Below the pieces are notes generated by a model. It was not told where the DNA came from, made no database searches, and worked only from the letters and a program-made list of their open reading frames with translations. Shown here piece after piece: positions 51,155 to 60,867 of a stretch of DNA of 64,000 bases. Every line of letters starts with the position of its first letter. Position 1 is the stretch's first letter. Both the position numbers and the translations under genes were made by a program. Origin of the DNA: Cenarchaeum sp. (GTDB lineage Archaea > Thermoproteota > Nitrososphaeria > Nitrososphaerales > Nitrosopumilaceae); contig OZ243037.1 in assembly GCA_965212015.1 (NCBI GenBank), forward strand, positions 544,001 to 608,000, given 5' to 3'.

Positions 51155-52282
51155 TTGGACACGTCGTTTACCGTCACCCCGAGGTTTGCAGTAAAGATGC
51201 TAGAAAAGGCGCTGCGCCTGTACACGCCGTCGGGAGGCGAAAAGCTGCTGGCAGAGTTTCTTGCAGACAAGTGCGACGATTTGGGATTCGAGGACATTCA
51301 CATTGATGATGTCGGCAATATAATAGCAAAAAAGGGCTCCGGCAGCCCCAGGATAATGCTCTGCGGGCACATGGACGTGGTGCCAGGAAAGATAAGGGTG
51401 CGAAGGGACGGCGACAAGCTGTACGGAAGGGGCGCATCAGACGCAAAGGCACCATTGATGGCCATGCTTTTTGCCGCAGCATCCGTGCAGAACAACAACG
51501 GGACGGTGGTGTTTGTAGGCGCAGTAGACGAGGAGGGAAATGCGTCCGGCATAAAGCATCTGGCAAAGCAGGATCTGGGAATAGACTATGCCGTGTTCGG
51601 CGAGCCTAGCGGGATAAAGCGCGTCACCATAGCGTACAAGGGCCGCCTTGCAATCAACCTGAGGATCAGCGCAGAGGACAGCTCGCACGCAAGCGCGCCG
51701 TGGCTCTCAAAGAACGCAATCGAGGAGGCCGTAATGTTTTGCAGGGTGCTCAAGGAGGGTCTGGAGTCCGGACAGGAGGAGAGGAGCAGGGGCATGATGC
51801 TTACTGCCACTGTGACTAAAATCATGGGCGGGACCAGCCACAATGTGACGCCAAAGGAGTGCGAGGTAGTTCTGGACATCAGGGTTCCGGTGGACAATAC
51901 GTGCAAAAAGGTAGAAGAGACAGTATCCAGGATAGTCGAGAGGCTCTCACAGGAGAGGGGAGTCGAGGCGTTTTACTCCATTTTAGATGAGACAGAGCCC
52001 TTTGAGGCGCAGCACAACTCGCCTCTGGTGCGCGCCTTTGCACTCGGCATAAGGGAGGTCGAAAACGACCACCATACGCTGATTCGAAAGACCGGTACGG
52101 GTGACATGAACGTGATAGGAAACCACCTGAAAATCCCAGTAGTCACGTATGGTCCTGGGGATCCGCACGAGGCGCACACCATAAGCGAAAAGGTGTCAAT
52201 AGACGAGTACCTGCGCGGAATCGAGGTGTTAAAAAAGACGCTGCACCACCTAAAGAGGCTGCACGACAAGGAAATAAAGTGA
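51155..52282 (+). CDS. lysK: [LysW]-lysine/ornithine hydrolase (M20 family)
   Basis: GHMDVV, GRGASDAK, DEEG, GEPS, KTGTGDMN, YGPGD. Confidence 0.9.
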   Translation: MDTSFTVTPRFAVKMLEKALRLYTPSGGEKLLAEFLADKCDDLGFEDIHIDDVGNIIAKKGSGSPRIMLCGHMDVVPGKIRVRRDGDKLYGRGASDAKAPLMAMLFAAASVQNNNGTVVFVGAVDEEGNASGIKHLAKQDLGIDYAVFGEPSGIKRVTIAYKGRLAINLRISAEDSSHASAPWLSKNAIEEAVMFCRVLKEGLESGQEERSRGMMLTATVTKIMGGTSHNVTPKECEVVLDIRVPVDNTCKKVEETVSRIVERLSQERGVEAFYSILDETEPFEAQHNSPLVRAFALGIREVENDHHTLIRKTGTGDMNVIGNHLKIPVVTYGPGDPHEAHTISEKVSIDEYLRGIEVLKKTLHHLKRLHDKEIK

Positions 52283-52475
52283 CACCGCCGGATTCGGTAC
52301 GTTTTGCCGGCAGGCATCAGGCACGTCTCGCACCAGGATGCAACATTTGAAATTTGTCGCATGCAGTGAAATCAGATAACGGGCGAGAAATGCCCCAAAA
52401 AGTCATGAAAAAACCGCATTTGGAATAATTCATTCAGATTGATACAAATAATCCGATTGGCTCTAACTGGGTATT

Positions 52476-55400
52476 ATGCAGGGAGACGGTGCCGGCCTAT
52501 ACAACAAACTCCAGGGCTATCAGAACAAGCTGCTCCAGCTCACGGCATCCAACAGATGCATTTGCATCAGAAAGTTATACAGCAAGCACAGCTTTGACCT
52601 GTCCAGATTGCTAGAGGGCAACTCAAAGCAGATAGACGAGCTAGTCAGGCAGTCATTTAAGCGTAAAAAACCAGTCTGCATACTCCCGGACTCGGATGAT
52701 TCCGAAAAGGCAGTTGTAATGAGAAGGCACTTGAAGACCCTGTCCCGAAACATCAAACAGTCCGAAGACGAGACTGGATCCCAGTACTGCTATTTTGGAT
52801 TTCCCTTTCTGGAAGGGCATGTCACCGCAGAGTATTATGTCAGGGGCCCGTTGGCATTATTTCCGATATCCATCTATTACGGATATGCGCAAAACAAGAT
52901 GGGGTGGTGCATAAAGTTTCTGGATCAAAACCCAATCTACAACCACACATTGTTTACTGCCCTTGAAAAGTTAGGAAACTACAAGGTGCAGGAATCATTC
53001 GAGTCCGATTTCGAGGACATGGTGACAAGCCTTACGGCTACGGAATTTGAAGCCGAATTTACCCAAAAAATTTTACAGTTATTAAAAAACAACAGGCTGC
53101 CCATAAGCCCGCCCGATCCCGAACAGGAAAGTTCCGACGATGCGAGTAGCTTTTCTACACCGCCATTAAGGGATATGACAAAAGTCAATATCGAGGATTT
53201 GGAAAAAAAGCCGCTGAGAATCATCGATTACAAGATAGTCGGCAGTTTCCCGCAGGGGGACAGCGCGATTTATCACGATTATGAGAGCCTGATTTCCAAG
53301 GTAAAAAACGGGGAATTCAGCGACTTTATTGCCGACCTGCTCGCCGAAATGGATACGCCGCCGAAATATGCGGAAAGCGACAATGTCGACATTGAGGATC
53401 TTGACGGCACCCGCGATGTGAATTTTGATCTTATCTTGCCCAGTGACTCGTCCCAGGACAAGGTGGTACTGGCATCCCAGCACGAAAAGATTACCATAGT
53501 GAGGGGGCCTCCGGGAACAGGAAAATCACAGGTAATAGTAAACATAATTGCAAACGCGCTCTCAAAGGGGCAGAAAATACTCGTCGTCTGCCAGAAAAGG
53601 ACGGCGTTGGAGGTGGTCCACCAGAGGCTGGGCGAAAAAAATCTAGACCAGTACACGGTTCTGTTGAACAAGGAAAAGGAAGATCGAGCAAAAATGTACC
53701 ATCAGATAAAGCAGATTCTTGACAAGACGGGCAGCTCTGCCAGGTACAACCACCTGCAGCTCCAGAGCGTCTCAGACGATATCGACAGGCTCATAATAAA
53801 ACACTCAAAGATTTTTCGTGCGCTATCCAAAGAGTATTTCGGGGGGACGACAATCAGGGATCTTTATGCAAACACGTCGTCGGATTATGCAAGAAAGCTG
53901 GATCTAGGCGGAATTGTGGACAGGGTTCAATCCACGGACTTGGGCAATTTTCTTTACAGCATATCGCAGATCGAGGACAGCTATAAAAAATTCGAAGACG
54001 ACGGCCACCCCTGGAAAAACAGGAAGGATTTTGCAGGCATGAGTGCAATCAGCAAGAACAAAATCAGGGAAATTCTGTCAGGCGTTCTCACAAAGGCAGA
54101 AAACTGCGTGATTTTTCCGGACAGGCAAAAACAGGGCGTGGTAAACGATCTTGTCAAAAAGCACGCCTCGTTAAAATCGGATCTGAAAGAAATTGAGGCA
54201 AAAATATCCAAGTGTACCGAATCCATCAGGGCGATTTCAAACCCACACAACACGCCCATACCGCTGGCAAATTTGGATGAGCTCATCAATTGTGTTAATG
54301 CGGGAATGATTCTGTGGGACAGGTTCCGCGATTACGATAGAATCATTCAGATTACAAAAGACAGGATCGTCATGGACGACTATACAGAACAGACCGATTT
54401 GCTCGAGGCATTCTCCAACCCGGCGGAAAAAACATCGTTCTGGAAAAAACTCACCGATTCGGAGGCAAAAAGAAAGGACAAGCTCAAAAAGGAATTCGAT
54501 GAGAATCCGGACAATTCCGCCAAGACCCACGGGGAGCTCAAAGGCCTGCTTGAAAACGGGCTTGAGCTGTGGAATGCGGCGCGCGATCATCAGGGCCTGA
54601 AAAAATATATTTTTGAAAAGGCCTTTTTGCTGAATGATGACGGCGAGCAAGGCCACCTGCTCAAGGAGCTCAGGACGCTAAACGATCTTCGGATAGATCT
54701 CAAGCACAAGTCGGATCAGTCACACGCAGATGTAAAATCCATGCAAGAGCTTTTCGGGGATTCCGAAATATATTTTGACAGAAACGAGGATGTGCAACAG
54801 TTAGTTCTCAGAATCACCAACGGCGCAGGCATGATAGACCAGGTTGACTCCCTTTCAGAGTTTGTTACGGATGCCGAGATTTCCGCAATCAATGCCAAAC
54901 TCCCGGATATTGGCGAATTGGTGTCCCATATTAGGAATTTGAACGATAGTCTGGGCGACTTTGACATGCTGCAGTCATACGACATCAAAAAATCCGATTT
55001 AAGCGACGATCAGCGGGCAATTCTGGGCCAGTGCCTGTCAGTACTGTCCAAGGGTGAGGACTGGAACGAGATCATCAGGCAGGAAATCTATCACCACTGG
55101 ATCGAGGCAATAGAGCAGGACAATTTGGTGTTGCGAGAGGGCTTTGGCGACTACAAGCAGAATCAGGAACGACTGGCATCACTAATGGAGAAAAAATCGG
55201 ACTTGATCGTAGAAAAGATAATAGACGCGATTGAAACACACGCAAATTTCAAGCCGGGAATGGGAAACAGGAGAACAAAAAGAGAGGTGGAATACAGCGA
55301 GTTGAACCACCAATTGGGCAGGAAAAGAAACGTAAAGCCGGTCAGAAAGATTTTCGAGGAATTCGAACACATCCTGCTGGATATAGTCCCATGCTGGCTT

Positions 55401-56750
55401 GCATCCCCGGACATGGTTTCAAACATATTTCCGCTCGAGGAGAACATGTTTGATCTGGTTATAGTCGACGAGGCCAGCCAGCTTGCAGCGGAAAGGGCGC
55501 TGCCGTTTTTGTACAGGGGGGAGCGGATAGTCATTGCAGGCGATGAAAAACAGCTAAAGCCGCACGACTTGTTTCAGATAAAGGGCGAGGAGGACGAGGA
55601 GGAATACGAGGAGATCAACATAGAGAGCCTGCTCCTTTTGGCAAAAAAGCGAGGCTATACGCACATTACGCTCCAGTGGCACTATAGATCAAAATGGCAA
55701 GAGTTGATCGATTTTTCCAATCATGCGTTTTATAACGACATGCTCCAGGTCTCGCCAAACGCGCAGATCAAGACGCCGTCGCCCCCAATCGAATGGGTGG
55801 ACTGTCCCAAGGGAATGTGGGAGAACCGGGCAAACGTCACCGAGGCAGCAAAGGTCACAGACGTCCTGTATGAAATCCTGCAAAAGTATGACGGCAGAGA
55901 GACGCCGACGATTGGAATGATCACGTTCAACATCAGTCAAAAAGAAGAGATTCTAAACAGGATTGACGCCAAAAGAAAGGAGGATCCTGTGTTTGATCAA
56001 CTGTACGGAAACGTCGAGAATCCCGCAAGCGGCAGGAAGGACGACGAGGTTTTTGTACGGCCCATCGAGAACGTCCAGGGCGACGAGAGGGACATTATAA
56101 TATTTTCAGTCGGATACGCAAAGGATTTTGAGGGCAAATTTCGCCTGCAATTCGGCTCGTTGAGCGGCGATGGCGGAGAGAACCGGCTGAACGTGGCAAT
56201 CACCCGTGCAAGCAAAAAGATTATCGTCGTATGCTCCATTGATCCGCGCGACATGAAGGTGGATAGTACAAAAAATCCAGGCCCAAAGCGCCTCAAGGAT
56301 TTTCTCATGTATGCAAACGCAGTCAGCAACGGGGATAAAGACAGGATTACGCAGATTTTGGAATCCCTCAGCTCCGGAATGAACACCATACGACAGAGGC
56401 CAAAGCATTTTGACAGCGAGTTTGAGGAGCTCGTCCACGACAGGCTCGAGGCCGAGGGCTATTCCGTCAATACCCAGGTCGGCCAGTCAGGATACAGGAT
56501 AGATCTTGCAATAGTGCACCCGAATGACTCCGGAAGGTATGTCCTGGGCATAGAGTGCGACGGGGCGATGTTTCACTCTGGAAAGAGCGTGCGAGAGCGC
56601 GACGTCACCCGACAGCAGTTTCTGGAACGGCGCGGCTGGAAGATCGACAGGATTTGGAGCAGGAGCTGGTGGAAAAACCCGGGTGCGGAAATCCAGCGCA
56701 TAAAGAAAAAAGTCGAATCACTGGTGCAAGAGGATTCCAGGGCAGGATAG
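52476..56750 (+). CDS. DUF4011 + split SF1 (AAA_11/AAA_12) helicase + Vsr/DUF559-like nuclease (Hhe-like defence protein)
   Basis: N-terminal NKLL.L...N, GPPGTGKSQ, VDEASQ, GDEKQL, HYRS, ENVQGDERD, NRLNVAITRA, FDSEFE...YRIDL...IECDG...RD..RQ..LE..GW...RIWS. Confidence 0.9.
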   Translation: MQGDGAGLYNKLQGYQNKLLQLTASNRCICIRKLYSKHSFDLSRLLEGNSKQIDELVRQSFKRKKPVCILPDSDDSEKAVVMRRHLKTLSRNIKQSEDETGSQYCYFGFPFLEGHVTAEYYVRGPLALFPISIYYGYAQNKMGWCIKFLDQNPIYNHTLFTALEKLGNYKVQESFESDFEDMVTSLTATEFEAEFTQKILQLLKNNRLPISPPDPEQESSDDASSFSTPPLRDMTKVNIEDLEKKPLRIIDYKIVGSFPQGDSAIYHDYESLISKVKNGEFSDFIADLLAEMDTPPKYAESDNVDIEDLDGTRDVNFDLILPSDSSQDKVVLASQHEKITIVRGPPGTGKSQVIVNIIANALSKGQKILVVCQKRTALEVVHQRLGEKNLDQYTVLLNKEKEDRAKMYHQIKQILDKTGSSARYNHLQLQSVSDDIDRLIIKHSKIFRALSKEYFGGTTIRDLYANTSSDYARKLDLGGIVDRVQSTDLGNFLYSISQIEDSYKKFEDDGHPWKNRKDFAGMSAISKNKIREILSGVLTKAENCVIFPDRQKQGVVNDLVKKHASLKSDLKEIEAKISKCTESIRAISNPHNTPIPLANLDELINCVNAGMILWDRFRDYDRIIQITKDRIVMDDYTEQTDLLEAFSNPAEKTSFWKKLTDSEAKRKDKLKKEFDENPDNSAKTHGELKGLLENGLELWNAARDHQGLKKYIFEKAFLLNDDGEQGHLLKELRTLNDLRIDLKHKSDQSHADVKSMQELFGDSEIYFDRNEDVQQLVLRITNGAGMIDQVDSLSEFVTDAEISAINAKLPDIGELVSHIRNLNDSLGDFDMLQSYDIKKSDLSDDQRAILGQCLSVLSKGEDWNEIIRQEIYHHWIEAIEQDNLVLREGFGDYKQNQERLASLMEKKSDLIVEKIIDAIETHANFKPGMGNRRTKREVEYSELNHQLGRKRNVKPVRKIFEEFEHILLDIVPCWLASPDMVSNIFPLEENMFDLVIVDEASQLAAERALPFLYRGERIVIAGDEKQLKPHDLFQIKGEEDEEEYEEINIESLLLLAKKRGYTHITLQWHYRSKWQELIDFSNHAFYNDMLQVSPNAQIKTPSPPIEWVDCPKGMWENRANVTEAAKVTDVLYEILQKYDGRETPTIGMITFNISQKEEILNRIDAKRKEDPVFDQLYGNVENPASGRKDDEVFVRPIENVQGDERDIIIFSVGYAKDFEGKFRLQFGSLSGDGGENRLNVAITRASKKIIVVCSIDPRDMKVDSTKNPGPKRLKDFLMYANAVSNGDKDRITQILESLSSGMNTIRQRPKHFDSEFEELVHDRLEAEGYSVNTQVGQSGYRIDLAIVHPNDSGRYVLGIECDGAMFHSGKSVRERDVTRQQFLERRGWKIDRIWSRSWWKNPGAEIQRIKKKVESLVQEDSRAG

Positions 56751-56755
56751 CAAAA

Positions 56756-57430
56756 ATGAAAGCAAAGACCGGCTATGCATTGCTTTTGATTTTTCTAATA
56801 TTGTTAATTGCCGTGCATATAGTGTTTCTCCCGATATTTTTCATCATGCTTGTCGTCATTGCAGCTTATCAAGCTAAAAAAAGTAGAGAGGTAAAAAAGA
56901 AAAAGAAAACACGCAATGTGGATCCGGTCCAAGAGAATAAACCAGATGCCGAAAATGACTCCAAAGCTTACCCCCCGGAACAGGTGAAATCCGCTTCTGC
57001 CATAAGCACAAACAGTACGAATGATACGGATGATGAGATTGCCGAGGCCGAATATTATGACAGTGCGGATCATAAATTCGGCATCTATCACAAGACGGAT
57101 CATGATATGGAGTCATTCTCAAAGGACGCCTTGGCATACAATACGGGGCATCCAGAATCGGCAGAAAAAACATTCAAAAAAGATTATTGGGCGCTAGACT
57201 GGAATGACAGTCCACAGTACAAGCAGCACAAGTTTTTGGAGGCCATAGAATTCTGCGAAAAGAACAATCTTGGAAGCAAGTCCAAGATCAGAAGGTTGAG
57301 GACAAAGATTGAGAGGTGGGGCATAGTAAACGAGAGAGACGAGGATGCGCTATTGTCAGACTATGAACACCTTGTGGAATTGATAGAGTTTTTTGGGCGC
57401 AAGCCCGTCGATTCGGATCAAAATGACTAG
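56756..57430 (+). CDS. Hypothetical membrane-anchored protein
   Basis: Long hydrophobic N-terminus followed by a basic patch; starts 5 nt after the helicase stop. Confidence 0.7.
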   Translation: MKAKTGYALLLIFLILLIAVHIVFLPIFFIMLVVIAAYQAKKSREVKKKKKTRNVDPVQENKPDAENDSKAYPPEQVKSASAISTNSTNDTDDEIAEAEYYDSADHKFGIYHKTDHDMESFSKDALAYNTGHPESAEKTFKKDYWALDWNDSPQYKQHKFLEAIEFCEKNNLGSKSKIRRLRTKIERWGIVNERDEDALLSDYEHLVELIEFFGRKPVDSDQND

Positions 57431-57524
57431 CGTGCATGCTTGCGGGTGTTTTCTTGGATGTTTTTGACCCTGCCCACCTGCCCGTCCTTTAATCTTACCT
57501 TTATTCCGTGCGGGTGTGATTCAC

Positions 57525-58622
57525 TATACTGACGCTCAAAAATAATTTCGCCTACTGAACAATTTTGAACAGAAAAGTATAAGGATCAGCGGTTCTAGGC
57601 AATTATCATGATCAAAACATCACTCATGGAGGCCATAAAGTCTGAAAAAAACGTCAAAATACACAAGAAACTGATTGCAGTCAATTTGGTACGTAGTAAG
57701 GGATGTTCCACAAGCTTTGCTGCCGAATCAGTCGGCGTCACACAGCGTTCTGTACAGTTGTGGCTGGAATATTTCGACAATGATGGAATAGAAGGTCTCA
57801 GGACTCTGCCGCAGGAGGGCAGGCCTCCTCTTGTACCGCGCATTAGAATTAAGAAAATGGCAAAGAGGTTGTGTAATAAAGGAAAGCTTACACCAAAAAA
57901 GCTTCAAAGAAAAATCTACAATAAATACAGGGTCAAATACAGCATGTGCAACATTCGAAAAATCCTGAATTGGTTTAATTATACATTAAAGGCCTCAACA
58001 CGAACATACGTCAAGGCAAGCAGCAAGTCGGAATGCACAAGGTGGCGAAACGAGAATTTGCCGGATATTTTACGCATGGAAGGGCAAGGATTTACAGTTG
58101 TAATCCAGGACGAGTCCATTTTTGTACATGATTCTATGGCAGGGAAAAAATATTGGTCGTTGCGGGGTGAAAGAATTCCCATAAAAAGTACCGGATCCCA
58201 CACGAAAATTATCGTATATGGTGCGCTAGCAGGTAATGGCTCACAACTGTTCCGATTATATCCAAAGTTTAACGGCGAAACGTTTGTACAATATCTTGAG
58301 GATATGCGGCTCAAATGGAAAAAAGTTCTAGTCATTGTGGACAATGCATCTCAGCACAGATCTAGTGACGTAAAAGAATACCTGAAGAAGCACAAGGACG
58401 TCATCCTGTATTATCTTCCGACATATTCACCGCAACTCAGTGCCATCGAAGAGTGCTGGCGACAGGCCAAGTACGAGCTAGTCCATTCCGAATATTACGA
58501 GACTGCAGAGAAAATGTGGATTACAGTATCAGAGTATTTCAGAAACAAAAGATTCAATCTGGACATCTATCGCTATTTAGAGCGCAGTCTGTGAGGCGAA
58601 ATAACTTATGATCGACGGAGTA
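57525..58622 (+). mobile_element. IS630-family insertion sequence
   Basis: Imperfect terminal IRs (TACTGACGCTCAAAAATAATTTCGCCT vs reverse complement TACTCCGTCGATCATAAGTTATTTCGCCT) with TA at both ends. Confidence 0.8.
57608..58594 (+). CDS. IS630 transposase (HTH + DDE)
   Basis: QDES, VDNASQH, LPTYSPQLSAIEECW; single uninterrupted frame. Confidence 0.93.
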   Translation: MIKTSLMEAIKSEKNVKIHKKLIAVNLVRSKGCSTSFAAESVGVTQRSVQLWLEYFDNDGIEGLRTLPQEGRPPLVPRIRIKKMAKRLCNKGKLTPKKLQRKIYNKYRVKYSMCNIRKILNWFNYTLKASTRTYVKASSKSECTRWRNENLPDILRMEGQGFTVVIQDESIFVHDSMAGKKYWSLRGERIPIKSTGSHTKIIVYGALAGNGSQLFRLYPKFNGETFVQYLEDMRLKWKKVLVIVDNASQHRSSDVKEYLKKHKDVILYYLPTYSPQLSAIEECWRQAKYELVHSEYYETAEKMWITVSEYFRNKRFNLDIYRYLERSL

Positions 58623-59060
58623 GACGTCAGGATTGCATCTATTACGCCCACGGTAAACCTGCCTGTCCCCTGATCGATTTTTGTCTCAATTGAGACGCAT
58701 ATTCCCTTGCTGATCTGGGATCTTGCTGGAACTCTTGACATGCACCGGATGCGCATATTTGGGATTTAAGTGCAACTATCAAACTCGCAAGATTCGACCT
58801 AATGCTCGTCGGATGTTATGGCGGTAAAAATTGAAGAATGATGGCAGAAAAGATCATGAAAAGGGCCCATAGTCACATTAGCCCAAGGTCATTCAGCCAC
58901 GATGATGACACCGAAGCCCCAAGGGATTCAACATATGGGTAACGGACGTCAGTACGGACGGTATATTATTCTGTCGTCGAATATCCCCGCTTTTGCCCGA
59001 ATAAGGGGGGTTTTTCCGGCAACAGATCTGCTTTTATTTTACGGATACCATAAAAATCAA

Positions 59061-59960
59061 ATGGATTATTCAGGGCTGGAGCATTTCATTCATAGAAAAA
59101 TGAGAATGACCCACATTTACCAGCCGCTGATGATAAGGACCCTGCTAGAGGCAGACGACAATACTGCCACCGTAGAAGAGATTGCAAGGAAGTTTTTGAA
59201 CAGTGACGATTCGCAGCTAAACTATTACAAGAAAATTGCAAAGAGGTGGCCGCACATAACCCTGAAAAAACACAATATTGTAAGCTACAAAAAGGGCAGG
59301 TATACGCTGCTAATTGACGAAAGGCTCTCATCCGAGGAAAAAACCCGGCTCTTGGAGCTGTGTGATCTCAGATTAAACGAGTTCGTCGACAAGGATCCCT
59401 GGATTCAACAGATACGCAAGCTCGAAGACCTGTCACCCAGCAAGAGTCTCCGGTATGATATATTTTCAAAATCAAAGGGCGTGTGCATCGCATGCGGGGC
59501 AAGACCACCCCAGGTCTCGCTGCACGTGGATCACATCATGCCAGTATCCCGCGGCGGACTCACAGAACCGAGCAACCTGCAGGCGCTATGCTACAAGTGC
59601 AATACACAAAAAAGAGACCGCGATGATTTGGATTTTCTTAGGTGGCACAAGCGGCTACAGTTCCGGCACGTAAAATGCCCCCTCTGCAACGAAAAAGACA
59701 GTATCAGGTCGAATAATCTGGCATATGCAATCAGGGCAAGGGATCCCGTCGCCGAGATGCATTCGATGGTCATACCGAACAGACACGTAAACTCGTTCAT
59801 GGACTTGATTCCCGCAGAAAAGCAGCTCTGCCTTGCACTGGTAGACGAGATTACTGACGAGATTAAAAAGATCAATCCAAAGACGGACGGATTCCAGATA
59901 TCCGGGCTTGATGGAAGACACGAGGAGCACTGCAGCATCAATATAATTCCAAAAGAGTGA
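59061..59960 (+). CDS. HNH endonuclease fused to a HIT-like domain
   Basis: MRMTHIYQPLMI N-domain; CIACG..LHVDHIMP.SRGG....NLQALC..CN..K; CPLC...D..PV...H..VIP.RH. Confidence 0.85.
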   Translation: MDYSGLEHFIHRKMRMTHIYQPLMIRTLLEADDNTATVEEIARKFLNSDDSQLNYYKKIAKRWPHITLKKHNIVSYKKGRYTLLIDERLSSEEKTRLLELCDLRLNEFVDKDPWIQQIRKLEDLSPSKSLRYDIFSKSKGVCIACGARPPQVSLHVDHIMPVSRGGLTEPSNLQALCYKCNTQKRDRDDLDFLRWHKRLQFRHVKCPLCNEKDSIRSNNLAYAIRARDPVAEMHSMVIPNRHVNSFMDLIPAEKQLCLALVDEITDEIKKINPKTDGFQISGLDGRHEEHCSINIIPKE

Positions 59961-60117
59961 ACCGCCAAGTCTTGTAAAAATCCAGAATTGACCAGAATGA
60001 TTGCTCCGCACTCACATGAGCCCAAGGATTCACTATCTCAGATAGCCCAAGGGATTCGAGCACGGCTTGCTTGCAGTACGTTATGGGAGTATAATAATCT
60101 TGTCGGTTATTTTACGT

Positions 60118-60173
60118 AACAGGTTAGGTTCAAGAGGGATGTTTGGATCTACGGGCACGGAACCTAACCAGTT
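60118..60173. promoter_or_regulatory. 14-bp inverted repeats enclosing a 28-bp segment upstream of the antitoxin promoter
   Basis: aacaggttaggttc (60118-60131) / gaacctaaccagtt (60160-60173), 13/14 complementary. Confidence 0.7.
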
Positions 60174-60223
60174 GCTTTTTCCATACGTAAACCTTTAAAT
60201 TTTAACACAGTCAGTGCTTGTAC

Positions 60224-60379
60224 ATGACACTAAGATATGTGGCACCCCTAAACGACGAGCAGTGGAAGATACTGACGGACGCACTAAAGGCAGGCCCCAC
60301 GCCAGAGCAGAGAGAGTTTGTGAAAAAAGCAGTAGAGCTCTTTAAAGACCAAAAAGAATACATAGAGAAAAAAGACTAG
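60224..60379 (+). CDS. 51-aa putative antitoxin, copy 1 (DUF1778/TacA C-terminal-like)
   Basis: MTLRYVAPLNDEQWKILTDALKAGPTPEQREFVKKAVELFKDQKEYIEKKD; TATA-like cctttaaa upstream. Confidence 0.7.
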   Translation: MTLRYVAPLNDEQWKILTDALKAGPTPEQREFVKKAVELFKDQKEYIEKKD

Positions 60380-60388
60380 AAACCCATG

Positions 60389-60570
60389 ATTACCACGGTG
60401 TAAAAGCCGTGGCCCCATTGAAGCATTATCGATCTGGAAGATTGAATTGAACACCAGTTAGGTTACCACGGTGTAAAAGCCGTGGCCCCATTGAAGCATT
60501 ATCGATCTGGAAGATTGAATTGAACACCAGTTAGGTTACCACGGTGTAAAAGCCATGACCTCATCAAAGC
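60389..60570 (+). CRISPR. Orphan CRISPR mini-array: three 36-bp repeats, two identical 37-bp spacers
   Basis: Repeats at 60389-60424, 60462-60497 and degenerate 60535-60570. Consensus GTTACCACGGTGTAAAAGCCGTGGCCCCATTGAAGC, with CCACGG/CCGTGG hairpin and ATTGAAGC 3' end (type I-G/I-U-like). Spacer ATTATCGATCTGGAAGATTGAATTGAACACCAGTTAG occurs twice. Confidence 0.85.
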
Positions 60571-60705
60571 ACGAAAAATCCTGACGGTTTTTCCAGTAGC
60601 CGATCAGATCCCGTGCCTGCGGATCCAAACATCCCTCTGGAACCTAACCGGTTGCTTTTTCCATACGTGTAAACCCTTAAATTTGTACGCCATCAGTACC
60701 AGCAC

Positions 60706-60861
60706 ATGACACTAAGATATGTGGCACCCCTAAACGACGAGCAGTGGAAGATACTGACTGACGCACTAAAGGCGGGCCCCACTCCAGCGCAGAGACGCAC
60801 TGTGAAAAAAGCAGTAGAGCTCTTTAAAGACCAAAAAGAATACATAGAGAATAAAGACTAG
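60706..60861 (+). CDS. 51-aa putative antitoxin, copy 2
   Basis: MTLRYVAPLNDEQWKILTDALKAGPTPAQRRTVKKAVELFKDQKEYIENKD; 6 nt upstream of the GNAT gene. Confidence 0.75.
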   Translation: MTLRYVAPLNDEQWKILTDALKAGPTPAQRRTVKKAVELFKDQKEYIENKD

Positions 60862-60867
60862 AAACCC

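Noticed and set aside
52463-52470. CTAACTGG just upstream of the helicase start is complementary to the 3' end of the CRISPR spacer; GTTAGGTT is shared between the spacer-repeat junction and the inverted repeat at 60123
   Set aside because: These are only 8-nt matches, expected by chance in 64 kb; not accepted as protospacers without further evidence.
52283-52475. att-site duplication of the tRNA-Ile 3' end at the far island boundary
   Set aside because: No copy of TGGGCCCGACGAG was found by eye and there is no integrase in the window.
52476-59960. Helicase or HNH gene as cas3/cas9-like effector of the mini-array
   Set aside because: The helicase is SF1 (DEASQ) with no HD domain, the HNH protein lacks RuvC motifs, and no RAMP or cas1 genes are seen.
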